This document shows positions 20,906 to 30,368 of a stretch of 36,246 nt of DNA, piece by piece. The first letter of the stretch is position 1. The number at the start of each line of letters is the position of its first letter. Made by a program: the position numbers and the translations under genes. Source of the stretch: a virus (lineage: Duplodnaviria > Heunggongvirae > Uroviricota > Caudoviricetes); IMG/VR virus record IMGVR_UViG_2703718820_000015, positions 1 through 36,246 of that record. One strand, 5' to 3'. The notes beneath the pieces were generated by a model. That model worked only from the letters and a program-made list of their open reading frames with translations. It was not told the DNA's origin and did no database searches.

Positions 20906-21343
20906 TCATCGAAGGCATTGCGTCCTGATGTACTCCTGCAGGTAGTTAACCTGCGCGGTTATCTTGTCGATTCCACTTCGGAGACGGTAATAATTGAGTT
21001 CAGCATCTGCTGTAAGTCTTGGGCTTTCTCCATCGCCCATGCCGCTGGCTCCGGTCGTTGACTTTGCACAGGTGGCGGCGACTTGCAGGCGCTTACGACC
21101 AGCAGAAACATCAGCACGGAGACTTTCGATAGTCGCGTTAGCATCAGCAAGCTCCTTTGTGTATCTGGCGTCGAGTTCTGCTACATCACGTTGACGCTTC
21201 TGCATATCAGCGATGATGGATGCGGCCTTATCACGCTGCTCTTTGTAGGCGATGGCGTTATCACGGTAATGATTAACAGCCCATGACAGGCAGACGATGA
21301 TGCAGATAACCAGAGCGGAGATAATCGCGGTTACTCTGCTCAT
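20906..21343 (-). CDS. Spanin inner-membrane subunit Rz (i-spanin)
   Basis: 145 aa; N-terminus [31 protein letters not shown] closely resembles lambda Rz; C-terminal half diverges. Confidence 0.9.
   Translation of the reverse strand: MSRVTAIISALVICIIVCLSWAVNHYRDNAIAYKEQRDKAASIIADMQKRQRDVAELDARYTKELADANATIESLRADVSAGRKRLQVAATCAKSTTGASGMGDGESPRLTADAELNYYRLRSGIDKITAQVNYLQEYIRTQCLR
20959..21150 (-). CDS. Spanin outer-membrane lipoprotein Rz1 (o-spanin), embedded in Rz in another frame
   Basis: 63 aa; lipobox LVVSAC then a Pro-rich segment; nested in the +1 frame of Rz as in lambda. Confidence 0.8.
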   Translation of the reverse strand: MLMLTRLSKVSVLMFLLVVSACKSPPPVQSQRPEPAAWAMEKAQDLQQMLNSIITVSEVESTR

Positions 21344-21816
21344 ACCTCAATCTCTCTGACCGTTCCGCCTGCTTCTTTGAATTTTGCAATCAGGCTGTCT
21401 GCCTTATGCTCGAACTGACCATAACCAGCACCCGGCAGTGAAGCCCAGATATTGCTGCAACGGTCGATAGCCTGACGAATATCACCGCGATCAATCATCG
21501 GTAAAGCGCCACGCTCTTTAATCTGCTGCAATGCCACAGCGTCCTGGCTTTTGGGAGAGAAGTCTTTCAGGCCAAGCTGCTTACGGTAGGCATCCCACCA
21601 ACGGGAAAGAAGCTGGTAACGTCCGGCGGCTGTTGATTTGAGTTTGGGGTTTAGCGTGACAAGTTTGCGAGGGTGATCGGAGTAATCAGTGAATAGCTCT
21701 CCGCCTACAATGACGTCATAACCATGATTTCTGGTTTTCTGCCGTCCGTTATCAGTTCCCTCTGACCACGCCAGCATATCGAGGAACGCCTTACGTTGAT
21801 TATTGATTTCCACCAT
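21340..21816 (-). CDS. R: Endolysin, lambda R-type lytic transglycosylase
   Basis: 158 aa [39 protein letters not shown]..., near-identical to lambda R as recalled. Confidence 0.95.
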   Translation of the reverse strand: MVEINNQRKAFLDMLAWSEGTDNGRQKTRNHGYDVIVGGELFTDYSDHPRKLVTLNPKLKSTAAGRYQLLSRWWDAYRKQLGLKDFSPKSQDAVALQQIKERGALPMIDRGDIRQAIDRCSNIWASLPGAGYGQFEHKADSLIAKFKEAGGTVREIEV

Positions 21817-22123
21817 CTTCTACTCCGGCTTTTTTAGCAGCGAAGCGTTTGATAAGCGAACCAATCGAGTCAGTACCGATGTAGCCGATGAACACGCTCG
21901 TTATATAAGCGAGATTGCTACTTAGTCCGGCGAAGTCGAGAAGGTCACGAATGAACCAGGCGATAATGGCGCACATCGTTGCGTCGATTACTGTTTTTGT
22001 AAACGCACCGCCATTATATCTTCCGCGAAGGTACGCCATTGCAAACGCAAGGATTGCCCCGATGCCTTGTTCCTTTGCCGCGAGAATGGCAGCTAACAGG
22101 TCATGTTTTTCTGGCATCTTCAT
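21800..22123 (-). CDS. S: Holin, lambda S-type (dual-start MKM motif)
   Basis: 107 aa [39 protein letters not shown]..., near-identical to lambda S as recalled. Confidence 0.95.
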   Translation of the reverse strand: MKMPEKHDLLAAILAAKEQGIGAILAFAMAYLRGRYNGGAFTKTVIDATMCAIIAWFIRDLLDFAGLSSNLAYITSVFIGYIGTDSIGSLIKRFAAKKAGVEDGGNQ

Positions 22124-22673
22124 GTCTTACCCCCAGAAGGGGATCTGTTCAAATTAGGAATTATGGATATGGTCGCTTGAACAAATCCGGGTTACGGTTG
22201 ATTTGTAGCGGGTTTGTTCGTGACCGCATTCATGAGCAAATCAGGCGTGGATTGCGCCAACAATACATGCCGCTCATATCACGAAGCCCAGCCATTGATG
22301 CTGGGTTTTCTTTTTTAAAGCGCACTAGACAACCGTATCCACAGAGTGTCAGCAATGAGTTGGTTAGGTCTAGTTCTTGGTGGAAGTACGCTTTAAAAAA
22401 TGGGCTGAGGGTTGTAGCCCAAAATACTGAGGGAATGGTAAGGATGAACAACGGTTTTGCTCTGGGTGGATTTGGCTGTGGTGGCCGACGCTGATCTCCG
22501 GCTTGTATACAGGCACCTTGTTCTTCCGAAGCTCTCCTGCGCGCATCAGCCTGCGCATTCACCACACCGGAAAGAGCACTCAGTTGTACCGGCCAGTTGT
22601 GCCACTAAGAAATGCTTTCGCAGACCGTTAAGCTCTTTGCCAGTTCTTTAATGCTCTTACCTGTTGTGCAGAT

Positions 22674-22733
22674 ATAAAAAATCCCGAAACCGTTATGCAG
22701 GCTCTAACTATTACCTGCGAACTGTTTCGGGAT
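22674..22733 (-). terminator. tR' terminator (end of the 6S late leader RNA)
   Basis: Minus-strand CCCGAAACAGTTCGCAGGTAATAGTTAGAGCCTGCATAACGGTTTCGGG hairpin plus AUUUUUUAUAUC, matching lambda tR' as recalled. Confidence 0.85.
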
Positions 22734-22866
22734 TGCATTTTGCAGACCTCTCTGCCTGCGATGGTTGGAGTTCCAGACGATACGTCGAAGTGACCAACTA
22801 GGCGGAATCGGTAGTAAGCGCCGCCTCTTTTCATCTCACTACCACAACGAGCGAATTAACCCATCG

Positions 22867-22903
22867 TTGAGTCAAATTTACCCAATTTTATTCAATAAGT
22901 CAA
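22867..22903 (-). promoter_or_regulatory. Late promoter PR' with qut site (-35 TTGACT, -10 TAAATT)
   Basis: Minus-strand TTGACTTATTGAATAAAATTGGGTAAATTTGACTCAACGATGG matches lambda PR'/qut as recalled; TSS near 22867; PR'-to-tR' distance about 190 nt, as for 6S RNA. Confidence 0.85.
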
Positions 22904-22945
22904 TATTATGCCGTTAATATGTTGCCATCCGTGGCAATCATGCTG

Positions 22946-23569
22946 CTAACGTGTGACTGCGTTCAAAATGTTGTCTGCGATTGACTCTTCCTTGTGGCAT
23001 TGCACCACCAGAGCGTCATACAGCGGCTTAACAGTGCGTGACCAGGTGGGTTGGGTAAGGTTTGGGATTAGCATCGTCACAGCGCGATATGCTGCGCTTG
23101 CAGGCATCCTTGAATAACCGACGCCTTTACATCTTCCGCACTCTTTCTCAACAACTCTCCCCCACTGCTCTGTTTTTGCTATATCAACCGCACGACCTGT
23201 ACCGTGGCAATCTCTGCATCTTGCGCCCGGCGTCGCGGCACTACGGCAATAATCCGCATAAGCGAATGTTGCGAGTACTTGCAGTACCTTTGCCTTAGTA
23301 TTTCCTTCAAGCTTTGCAACGCCACGGTATTTCCCCGATACCTTGTGTGCAAATTGCATCAGATAGTTGATAGCCTTTTGTTTGTCGTTCTGGCTGAGTT
23401 CATGCTTACCGCAGAATGCAGCCATTCCGAATCCGGCTTGTGATTGCGCCATCCCCATAGCAGCCATCACATCAGTACCGGAAAGAGAGTCAGAAGCCGT
23501 AGCCCGTGGTGAGTCGCTCATCATCGGGCTTTTTGGCGAATGAAATTTAGCTACGCTTTCGAGTCTCAT
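22946..23569 (-). CDS. Q: Late antiterminator Q (lambda type)
   Basis: 207 aa MRLESVAKFHSPKSPMMSDSPRATASDSLSG..., near-identical to lambda Q as recalled. Confidence 0.95.
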   Translation of the reverse strand: MRLESVAKFHSPKSPMMSDSPRATASDSLSGTDVMAAMGMAQSQAGFGMAAFCGKHELSQNDKQKAINYLMQFAHKVSGKYRGVAKLEGNTKAKVLQVLATFAYADYCRSAATPGARCRDCHGTGRAVDIAKTEQWGRVVEKECGRCKGVGYSRMPASAAYRAVTMLIPNLTQPTWSRTVKPLYDALVVQCHKEESIADNILNAVTR

Positions 23570-23754
23570 GGCCTTCCCCTTTTGCCCTGTTTGACCATCA
23601 GGACGCCGTTAACTATTACGTGACGCTCGCCTTTGCTGTCTCGGTTGTACTTGAGCACTGTTCCTCTTGCGCAGGAAAGCATCCTTGCCACTTCGGTCTG
23701 ATTGCCTCGTGTCTGGATAAGAAGCTCTGGTATCGTTTGAATTGTGGCGTTCAT
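23566..23754 (-). CDS. ninH: NinH-like protein
   Basis: 62 aa with the GNQTEVARML...RGTV motif shared with lambda NinH; overlaps the Q start. Confidence 0.7.
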   Translation of the reverse strand: MNATIQTIPELLIQTRGNQTEVARMLSCARGTVLKYNRDSKGERHVIVNGVLMVKQGKRGRP

Positions 23755-24113
23755 GCGTTCTCCAGTTCGGTGATTTTTATTCCAAGCCTTCCACCTGGTA
23801 CTTTCACACCACGAATTACGCGAATGTCATCGAATTGCTCGTCGTCTTCCGCAAATCCGGCGTGGATAAGGGAGTCGAGTAAACCTTTCAGGATGTTGTC
23901 GAGGTCGCGGCGGCGGGAGTCCGGAACGTCTGCGATTACTTTGATGCGGAGTCGTGATTTGGTGAAAATGTCTAACTTAAGTTGGCGGATGATTTGCTGA
24001 ACGTCTTTTCGGTATTTCTGGCCTTTATCGCTGATGTAGTATTGGCTTCCCCGTCTTCGCCAGTAGGTTTTCACCGACGGCGGGTAAGGAAGCACAAACT
24101 GATATTCGTTCAT
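23751..24113 (-). CDS. rusA: Holliday junction resolvase RusA
   Basis: 120 aa; RRRDLDN motif and overall similarity to E. coli RusA as recalled. Confidence 0.85.
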   Translation of the reverse strand: MNEYQFVLPYPPSVKTYWRRRGSQYYISDKGQKYRKDVQQIIRQLKLDIFTKSRLRIKVIADVPDSRRRDLDNILKGLLDSLIHAGFAEDDEQFDDIRVIRGVKVPGGRLGIKITELENA

Positions 24114-24400
24114 GGCTTAATCTTCCCCTCCTTCAGTAGTATCGCCTGCGTCCTGATCACGCCTTCGAGGTGGTAAAGTCTGGCGTCTTTGTTGTCGAGA
24201 TTATGGGTGCGTCGGTCGATTTCATCGTGACACGCGCTACAAGCCCATGCGCCGATCAGGTCGTCAGGCTTCATTCCCGTTCCGCAAATTCCAGCCATCC
24301 GGTAATGTGCCAGAACTGTAGTTTCAGGATTACCATTGCATACGCCGTAAATACGTACCTGGCATTCTCTGCCGCGTGCTTCTTTGCGTAGATTAGCCAT
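24110..24400 (-). CDS. Cys-rich nin-region protein (possibly DUF1364-type zinc-binding)
   Basis: 96 aa with spaced Cys/His residues (C..C...C..CSACH); family assignment is from memory only. Confidence 0.45.
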   Translation of the reverse strand: MANLRKEARGRECQVRIYGVCNGNPETTVLAHYRMAGICGTGMKPDDLIGAWACSACHDEIDRRTHNLDNKDARLYHLEGVIRTQAILLKEGKIKP

Positions 24401-25122
24401 TAAGCAGCCTCCCCTGTTACTTTCAGCATTCCGTTATCGAGCAGCTTTCTGGTCAGCCACTGTTGACCACGCCCGGTGATTTTTGTGGTGAACGATATCT
24501 GTATTCCGTGATTTGTGTTGACCGCTGTTTCTTTCACTGTGAAATAGCCGCGATCCATATATTCCTGCATTGGCACATTGCGCCGGGAACCTGAAGCAAT
24601 AAGGATTTTGTGATCGCGCATCCACGCAAACAGTTTGTTTGGACCAATACCGACAACCTTTGCAAAGTTTCCAATCAAAATTCCGCTGGCCTCGCCAACG
24701 CGATCGGCAAACTCAACTTTAGGTGCGGCAATTGCAAGCTGGTTTTCCAGTTGCATTTTCTGCTCAGCAAGATCAGCAGCAAGGCGCAACGCTTCCGGTA
24801 GCGTTTTGGGGATATTAACCGCAGCTTCTTCAAGATCTCGCCAGCGGTCAACAAGGCGAGCGGTGAACTCTGGCGACAACTGGGCAACAACAACAATACT
24901 ATCTCGCTTACCTTGTTCGCCTTCGAAGACGTAATGCTCGTACTGAACATTGAACCCTAAGTTATTGATTCTTTCGGAAACCTCAATTTGAGGAAGCCGG
25001 ATAACACCATTTTTAGCCAGCGTTTCGATGGTACGTTTCACATTGTCATGACGCTTACCCACCAACTCAGCGATTTCAATGCTTGTCATTTTGATGGCAT
25101 TGCCATTTATTAACTCATTCAT
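24400..25122 (-). CDS. Rha-family regulatory protein with KilAC-type C-terminal domain
   Basis: 240 aa; N-terminal segment (IKMTSIEIAELVGKRHDNVKRTIETL) resembles the Rha domain; C-terminal half resembles antirepressor KilAC domains. Confidence 0.65.
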   Translation of the reverse strand: MNELINGNAIKMTSIEIAELVGKRHDNVKRTIETLAKNGVIRLPQIEVSERINNLGFNVQYEHYVFEGEQGKRDSIVVVAQLSPEFTARLVDRWRDLEEAAVNIPKTLPEALRLAADLAEQKMQLENQLAIAAPKVEFADRVGEASGILIGNFAKVVGIGPNKLFAWMRDHKILIASGSRRNVPMQEYMDRGYFTVKETAVNTNHGIQISFTTKITGRGQQWLTRKLLDNGMLKVTGEAA

Positions 25123-25285
25123 CGTCTTCTTCCTCGTACATTGAGCTATTCGGATCGCTCATCAGTTCTGCGCAGCAGTGCTCACACACGTGAACTTCCA
25201 GCACATGCAGCTTCTGACCGCAGTTAGCGCACGTTAAAGCCCGCTCGACGCTTTGTTGTTCGTAACTTCGATTTGGGTCAATCAC
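25112..25285 (-). CDS. ninF: NinF-like protein (GTG start; absent from ORF track)
   Basis: 57-aa frame [44 protein letters not shown]... resembles lambda NinF as recalled; its stop overlaps the Rha start. Confidence 0.6.
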
Positions 25286-25464
25286 CTTGTTTTCCTCGCA
25301 CGTTCTCTAAGCCACCGGATATCCCACAGGTGAGCCGTGTAGTTGAAGGTTTTTACGTCAGATTCTTTCGGGATTGGCTTGCGTTTATTTCTGGAGCGTT
25401 TCGTTGGAAGGTATTTGCAGTTTTCGCAGATTATGTCGGTGATACTTCGTCGCTGTCGTCTCAT
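25282..25464 (-). CDS. ninE: NinE-like protein
   Basis: 60 aa [37 protein letters not shown]...; GGAGGG SD; ATGA overlap with the upstream gene. ORF-track extension to 25554 rejected. Confidence 0.7.
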   Translation of the reverse strand: MRRQRRSITDIICENCKYLPTKRSRNKRKPIPKESDVKTFNYTAHLWDIRWLRERARKTR

Positions 25465-25988
25465 GCCGCCCTCCTGGCGCCCTGTCCGATCGCCATCAAT
25501 GCCGATTTGGATACGGTAGTAAACATCCGTCGAGGACTGATGAACGGTCGCCAAATCAGCAGCATGGAACCTTTGCTGTTTCCCTTCTTCTCCAGCCCTG
25601 TCGATGGTTCGATAAAATTAATCCGTCCATCAGTGATGATGCGAACTTCGTCGACACTCTCCAGAGCCTTGCTGAACCATCCGACTGACATATCCTCTGG
25701 CACAAGCATCACTACCGTCTGTCGCTGTTGTATGCACTGCTCAGCGGCTTTTTCCACCCACGGCCTGATATTGCTGTACGGTGGGTTATTCCAGATTGCA
25801 CCGTGGCTTACCCACTCAGAATTGAGCGCGTCGTCGGCCTCAGTTAGCCAGTGAGCACACAGAGCATTTTTGTCGCTCGCTGCCGAATCCAGCCAGAATC
25901 CAAACTCAATATCCAGTGCATCAAAAAGCCAAAGCGGCGTTTGCCAGCAGTCCTTGTCGTGTGCTGGCGTATTTGATTTGATAGTCAT
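25461..25988 (-). CDS. Phage Dam-type DNA N6-adenine methyltransferase
   Basis: 175 aa from the ATG at 25986-25988 (ATGA overlap with ninB stop); NPPY catalytic motif (WNNPPYSN). Confidence 0.75.
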   Translation of the reverse strand: MTIKSNTPAHDKDCWQTPLWLFDALDIEFGFWLDSAASDKNALCAHWLTEADDALNSEWVSHGAIWNNPPYSNIRPWVEKAAEQCIQQRQTVVMLVPEDMSVGWFSKALESVDEVRIITDGRINFIEPSTGLEKKGNSKGSMLLIWRPFISPRRMFTTVSKSALMAIGQGARRAA

Positions 25989-26431
25989 GCAGCCTTCCCT
26001 TTTCGTTGTGACCATTCATACTCTCGCCGGGAGTCATCACTCCACCGCACGTTGCGCTCTGAGCCGAACCAGAACATGATTTCGATAAGCTCAGTCATGC
26101 TGGCCTTTCGCATTTTGCTGGTACGAACGCCAAGCATAACAACGCCACCGTCGATACCAGGCGCACTTCTTTGCTCCATTTTTTTGGTCTTAAGCCACAA
26201 GGCAGTGAACAGGTCTTTCCAGTCTTCCGGCGCCAGCCGTTGACCATGCCATAGCACCTGACGCGAAACATCGTTCAGCATCGGCCACATACGGTCATTC
26301 TGCGCTTTGCTGCGTTTGGGTTCTCTAACGTGGACTTCGTGGGGTGACTTGTCGTCGATGGGTAGTGAGAGAATGGCGTCTATGACGTTATTTCTGATTG
26401 CTTCGTTGCGAAGTATGTATATTTGCTTCAT
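25985..26431 (-). CDS. ninB: NinB recombination protein
   Basis: 148 aa; motifs DVSRQVLWHGQ and WSDDSRREYEW parallel lambda NinB as recalled. Confidence 0.8.
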   Translation of the reverse strand: MKQIYILRNEAIRNNVIDAILSLPIDDKSPHEVHVREPKRSKAQNDRMWPMLNDVSRQVLWHGQRLAPEDWKDLFTALWLKTKKMEQRSAPGIDGGVVMLGVRTSKMRKASMTELIEIMFWFGSERNVRWSDDSRREYEWSQRKGKAA

Positions 26432-26714
26432 CGAAATTCTTCTCTTTAATTCCAGCGGCTCTGATAGCTTTCATCACTGCAATTACCGTTTTGTCCTTCC
26501 CATCCTCATGCCCCATCGCATAAGCACCTTCTTCACCATCTTTCCAAAAGTCGTCATTCGATTCGGGCCAGTCGATATCCAGTTCAATAGCTGCTCGCGA
26601 TGCCTGCCACGCTTGCCAATACATCTCAACCATATTGGCGTATATTTTATTTTTAGGATCACATCCGGTGTAATTTTCAAACCATTCTTCAAACTGCTTT
26701 CTTGATTCGTCCAT
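26388..26714 (-). CDS. Hypothetical nin-region protein (108 aa)
   Basis: Trp-rich acidic protein; first gene after the replication-operon terminator; overlaps ninB by 44 nt. Confidence 0.45.
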   Translation of the reverse strand: MDESRKQFEEWFENYTGCDPKNKIYANMVEMYWQAWQASRAAIELDIDWPESNDDFWKDGEEGAYAMGHEDGKDKTVIAVMKAIRAAGIKEKNFDEANIHTSQRSNQK

Positions 26715-26731
26715 CGATACTTACCCTCAGT

Positions 26732-26938
26732 TCAACTCACAAAACGCCACGCCATTTTTGCAACGACAACAGGCATAACACCGATAATCACCCACAGGAA
26801 AATGCTACCGAAAAGCACACCCACCAGGTCTTTACCTTCGCCTACCAACCGGACAAAACTTCCGACAACCACAATGAACGTCGACACCATCCACATAGCA
26901 CCGAGAATCCTCAATGCAGAGAAAATTAACTCAACCAC
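26732..26938 (-). CDS. Small membrane protein (two predicted TM helices)
   Basis: 68 aa, two hydrophobic stretches separated by a short charged loop. Confidence 0.45.
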   Translation of the reverse strand: MVELIFSALRILGAMWMVSTFIVVVGSFVRLVGEGKDLVGVLFGSIFLWVIIGVMPVVVAKMAWRFVS

Positions 26939-26952
26939 GATTTACTCTCCCC

Positions 26953-26985
26953 CAAATAAAAAGGCCTGCGATTACCAGCAGGCCT
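26953..26985 (-). terminator. Intrinsic terminator downstream of the helicase gene (tR2-like)
   Basis: GGCCTGC-N8-GCAGGCC hairpin followed by UUUUUAUUU on the minus strand. Confidence 0.7.
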
Positions 26986-27010
26986 GTTATTAGCTCAGTG
27001 ATGTAGATGG

Positions 27011-28387
27011 TCATACGTCAGCCCCTTGTGCATATCGTCTGCCACGTGCAGCGGGTGCATTTGATGTTGTGCAAATCTGTCTGGCTTCATCCTGGTCACA
27101 TGCAACAAAGTGTCCGTTGCAGAACCGCTGGTAAACCGTACCAAGTGAGCCAAAACGGTTTTTCGTCACAATGATTTCAGCAAATGGCGCGGCGCTACTG
27201 TTCTCGTCATATACCGCTTCCCGATAGAGCATGATGATTGAGTCTGCGTCCTGTTCAATGCTTCCTGAATCACGCAAATCTGCGTTTGTCGGGCGTTTGT
27301 TTGGTCGCTTCTCAACATCGCGCGAAAGCTGACTTAGGGAGATAACAGGCGTTTTCAGGTCTTTCGCCATCGCCTTCAGGCTTCCGGAGATGTGAGCAAT
27401 TGCGAGGTCGTTGCGATCTGCTTTCGGCTTCTCAATCAGGCCAAGATAATCCACCATGATGAGTGACAGGTTTGGATTTTCCTGTTTGTGCCGTTCTGCG
27501 ATTGAGCGTATTTCTTCGACCGATAACCGCGAGGCATCGACTACCCATACATCCAAATCTGCAAGCTGACTCATGCCGTTAGCAACGCGCGCCCAGCCTT
27601 CGTCATCCATCGAAGCAGGATTTCGCAGCACGCTAACCGGCATCCTCCCGGCGTTGGCAATGCTTCGCTCTGCAATCTGCAATGCGCTCATTTCCATCGA
27701 GAAAATCAACACTCCGCGCCGGACGTCAGAACCAGGAATAACGCGGCTTGCAACGCCTTCGGCAATCTTCAGCGCCAGTTCGGTTTTCCCCATACCAGGA
27801 CGAGCGGCGATAATCACCAGGTCTTCTGCATTCATCCCTCCGGTGATAGCGTCAAGTTCTTCGATTCCGGTCTTCAGGGTATCTGACTCTTCTCCGTTCC
27901 TCAGGCGCCTGTCAAGCGTGTCGGTGTAGTCAGTGATGATTTCCCCTAACCGTACAGGTTTAACCTCGTCACGGGGCTTTCTGATGGCTGAAAGACGCTT
28001 TACAAGTTCATCCATCGCCTGACTCGATGCGTCGATGGTTCCGCTCTGAATTGGTTCACGCATTTCATCCATGATTTCCAGCACCAGACGGCGGTGATAG
28101 TTATCCGCGACCATTCCGGCATATCCCTTCAGGTTTGCGGCGCTCGGGCAGTTTTTGCTGGTCATCAGGATTGAGGTGAAATGCTCCTCTCCGCACGCCT
28201 CGGCAACCATCAGCGCGTCGATTAGGTTTCTGTTTCTCGCCTGCTTGCGGATAACCTCGAAGGCTTTCCGGTAGAGAGGAATTGAAAACGCTTCCGGATC
28301 CAGCGTTGCCAGAACGTCGCTGGCGGTTGGCGTTAATCCACCAATCAGCAGGCCACCGATAACGCTCGCTTCGATATCCTGTCTCAT
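27011..28387 (-). CDS. Replicative DNA helicase, DnaB family (P22 gp12-like)
   Basis: 458 aa; Walker A region [12 protein letters not shown] and DnaB-like C-terminal domain; same length as P22 gp12. Confidence 0.9.
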   Translation of the reverse strand: MRQDIEASVIGGLLIGGLTPTASDVLATLDPEAFSIPLYRKAFEVIRKQARNRNLIDALMVAEACGEEHFTSILMTSKNCPSAANLKGYAGMVADNYHRRLVLEIMDEMREPIQSGTIDASSQAMDELVKRLSAIRKPRDEVKPVRLGEIITDYTDTLDRRLRNGEESDTLKTGIEELDAITGGMNAEDLVIIAARPGMGKTELALKIAEGVASRVIPGSDVRRGVLIFSMEMSALQIAERSIANAGRMPVSVLRNPASMDDEGWARVANGMSQLADLDVWVVDASRLSVEEIRSIAERHKQENPNLSLIMVDYLGLIEKPKADRNDLAIAHISGSLKAMAKDLKTPVISLSQLSRDVEKRPNKRPTNADLRDSGSIEQDADSIIMLYREAVYDENSSAAPFAEIIVTKNRFGSLGTVYQRFCNGHFVACDQDEARQICTTSNAPAARGRRYAQGADV

Positions 28388-29331
28388 GCAATCCCCCTGT
28401 CTGCAAACTTCCCTTCCCGTACTCCCGTTAACGAATCTTCCCTCAACAGGTAATCAAAATCAGCTGTCCAGCCCGTGTCGTTGTCTCCGAAGTAAAACGG
28501 CTTGGCCTGATGCACAAACGCCCTGACATACGCTCTGAAACCGTCCACGTTTGGCGTTTTCAGTTGCGGGATGATTTTCTTCAGGCGGCGTTTTCGTTTC
28601 TCGTTGACCGCAACAGCGTGTGGAAGTCTGTCACCGACTTCGGTGTTGTAGGCGTTCAGGAAGGATTCGTAGTCGATTCGTTCTGCCTTGCGACGTTCAG
28701 GTTTAACCTGCCCATCGCCTCCCCCATTGGGGGGTAGGGGGGTATTATTTATATTCTTGTTAATACCTTCTTGTTCATGATGTGCGGTTGTTTGTGCGGC
28801 TTCATGTGCGCTTTCATGTGCGGCATGTGCGCTGAAAGCCGCGCCATTACTGTCTTCGTCATGTGCTGCATCATGTGCGGTTGTTTGTGCGGCTTCATGT
28901 GCGGGTAAATTGTCCATTTTTTGAGCATATTCATGGTAATTTGTGATGGTTATCACACGACCTTTTTGCTTCTCTCCATCAATGGAGATCATCCCCTCTT
29001 TCACAAAAACCTGAAGCATCCGCTCAACCTGATCACGGCTTGCTGGCTTGCCATGTCTGTCGCATAACTGAAGACCTAAATCAGCTGCTGTCACAACCAG
29101 TTGACCGGGTTGCAGATGCCATTCATGACCTTTGAAATTCGCTTTGTATGGCTTTCTGGCGGCATTCAGGAGAAGGTTTTCCCACAGGGTGCGAAGATAA
29201 ACATCTTTCGCCCATGACTGTTTCAGAATGCTCCGGTACAACGGAATGTAACCAGTTTTCTGGTTCTCCATCCTGTTGCTCCTGCGCTCGTGTGCGGCGC
29301 TGAAATCGTAGATTTTTGCTGTATTGCTCAT
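28384..29331 (-). CDS. Replication initiator (lambda O / P22 gp18-like) containing the origin
   Basis: 315 aa; contains an Ala/His-rich low-complexity linker encoded by iterons; immediately upstream of the helicase gene. Confidence 0.8.
   Translation of the reverse strand: MSNTAKIYDFSAAHERRSNRMENQKTGYIPLYRSILKQSWAKDVYLRTLWENLLLNAARKPYKANFKGHEWHLQPGQLVVTAADLGLQLCDRHGKPASRDQVERMLQVFVKEGMISIDGEKQKGRVITITNYHEYAQKMDNLPAHEAAQTTAHDAAHDEDSNGAAFSAHAAHESAHEAAQTTAHHEQEGINKNINNTPLPPNGGGDGQVKPERRKAERIDYESFLNAYNTEVGDRLPHAVAVNEKRKRRLKKIIPQLKTPNVDGFRAYVRAFVHQAKPFYFGDNDTGWTADFDYLLREDSLTGVREGKFADRGIA
28738..28905. repeat. Candidate origin of replication: iterons plus AT-rich element inside the initiator gene
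   Basis: Two 35-bp direct repeats (28776-28810 and 28870-28904, differing at one base) and about six copies of CATGTGCG; flanked at 28738-28768 by an AT-rich stretch. Confidence 0.65.
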
Positions 29332-29333
29332 AA

Positions 29334-29606
29334 CTACCTGCCTTGACGAAAGACCTTAAGAACATCGTTAAACTGACTTACGGATATGTCTTCTTTGAGA
29401 AGCTTTTCCAGAAATGCGTTTGGAATGAACGTATATCCCTCCTCTTTTGGTAGAGACGGGAGCAACGCCCTCGCCTCAGCCTTCAGAAGCTCAGTTCTGG
29501 CAACTTTCACAAAAGAGATTTGAGTTCTTTCATCAATGGAACGAAGGAAGCGCAAACGCTTAGCTTCTTTGTGTGTATCAGGTGGATTAAAGCCTTTGTT
29601 TCGCAT
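29334..29606 (-). CDS. Hypothetical protein between cII and the replication initiator (90 aa)
   Basis: ATG at 29604-29606 with GAGGT SD. The longer ORF-track form would overlap cII and is rejected. Confidence 0.5.
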   Translation of the reverse strand: MRNKGFNPPDTHKEAKRLRFLRSIDERTQISFVKVARTELLKAEARALLPSLPKEEGYTFIPNAFLEKLLKEDISVSQFNDVLKVFRQGR

Positions 29607-29628
29607 ATAATTACCTCGCTGGATGTTG

Positions 29629-29922
29629 TTAAAATTCCATTTGTATTTGATCAGAACGCTCGGTTGCCGCCGGGCGTTTTTTATTGGTGAGAATCGAAGC
29701 AACTTGTCGTGCCAATCGGGCCATGTCGTCGTCAACGACACCCCATTCAAGAACAGCAAGCAGCATTGAGAACTTTGGAATCCAGTCCCTCTTCCACCTG
29801 CTGATCTGCGACTTATCAACTCCCACAGCTTCCGCTGTCTTCTCAGTTCCAAGCATTGCGATTTTGTTAAGCAACGCACTCTCGATTCTTAGAGCCTCGT
29901 TGCGGTTGTTTGCACGAACCAT
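29629..29922 (-). CDS. cII: Transcriptional activator CII (lambda type)
   Basis: 97 aa MVRANNRNEALRIESALLNKIAMLGTEKTAEAVGVDKSQISRWKRDWIPKF..., near-identical to lambda CII as recalled; AAGGAAAT SD. Confidence 0.95.
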   Translation of the reverse strand: MVRANNRNEALRIESALLNKIAMLGTEKTAEAVGVDKSQISRWKRDWIPKFSMLLAVLEWGVVDDDMARLARQVASILTNKKRPAATERSDQIQMEF

Positions 29923-29954
29923 ATGTAAGTATTTCCTTAGATAACAATTGATTG

Positions 29955-29980
29955 AATGTATGCAAATAAATGCATACACC
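29955..29980 (-). terminator. tR1 terminator region
   Basis: Perfect 8-6-8 palindrome TGTATGCA-AATAAA-TGCATACA followed by a U-rich tract on the minus strand; matches lambda tR1 as recalled. Confidence 0.7.
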
Positions 29981-30001
29981 ATAGGTGTGGTTTAACTTGA
30001 T

Positions 30002-30033
30002 GCCCTTTTTCAGGGCTGGGATGTGTAAGAGCT
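30002..30033 (-). promoter_or_regulatory. nutR (boxA and boxB)
   Basis: Minus-strand CAGCTCTTACACATCCCAGCCCTGAAAAAGGGCA: boxA-like then the boxB hairpin GCCCTGAAAAAGGGC, as in lambda nutR. Confidence 0.85.
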
Positions 30034-30041
30034 GGAATGTC

Positions 30042-30257
30042 TTAAGCGGCTTTGTGTTCCGGCGGGAACACGTCATCAAGACTGACTTTTGCGCCTAACT
30101 TGTTTAGGCACTCAACAAGAGCACGGCATGTTTTAAGGTCTGGGAAGCGACGACCAGATTCCCAATGTCCGATAGCTCCCTGTGTGCATCCAACTGCCTT
30201 AGCAAGTGTTGTTTGAGAGATATTCAGTGACTCTCGATATTTTCGTAGGTTGCTCAT
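30042..30257 (-). CDS. cro: Cro-like repressor (HTH XRE family; not lambda Cro)
   Basis: 71 aa MSNLRKYRESLNISQTTLAKAVGCTQGAIGHWESGRRFP...; GGAGGG SD; divergent from cI. Confidence 0.85.
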   Translation of the reverse strand: MSNLRKYRESLNISQTTLAKAVGCTQGAIGHWESGRRFPDLKTCRALVECLNKLGAKVSLDDVFPPEHKAA

Positions 30258-30368
30258 ATGCCCTCCATAGTAACCATGAAGCAATAATACGATATGTACT
30301 TTTAGAATGCAAACAAAAAATACATCTTGTGCATGGATGATTTTAGTACAGAGCGTAATAATAAGGGT
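30258..30368. promoter_or_regulatory. OR/PR/PRM region
   Basis: Minus-strand PR (-35 TTGCAT, 17-bp spacer, -10 TATTAT) with a 16-bp operator-like site AAGTACATATCGTATT overlapping it (30286-30301); a second related site near 30341-30356; plus-strand TAATAA -10 just before the cI ATG suggests a leaderless PRM transcript. Confidence 0.6.

Noticed and set aside
22039-22565. Overlapping ORFs of 151 aa (plus) and 111 aa (minus) in the late leader
   Set aside because: One is antisense to the holin gene and the other spans the untranslated leader; both low complexity with no ribosome-binding site.
28776-28904. Possible CRISPR-like repeat array
   Set aside because: Repeats are short, irregularly spaced and inside a replication gene with an adjacent AT-rich element; this fits origin iterons, and there are no cas genes.
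28749-28934. 61-aa His/Met/Lys-rich ORF
   Set aside because: Alternative-frame translation of the iteron repeats inside the initiator gene; its repetitiveness reflects the DNA repeats, not a protein.
29334-29879. 181-aa ORF-track version of the post-cII gene
   Set aside because: Its N-terminal half overlaps cII in another frame; an internal ATG at 29606 with a GAGGT SD gives a non-overlapping 90-aa gene.
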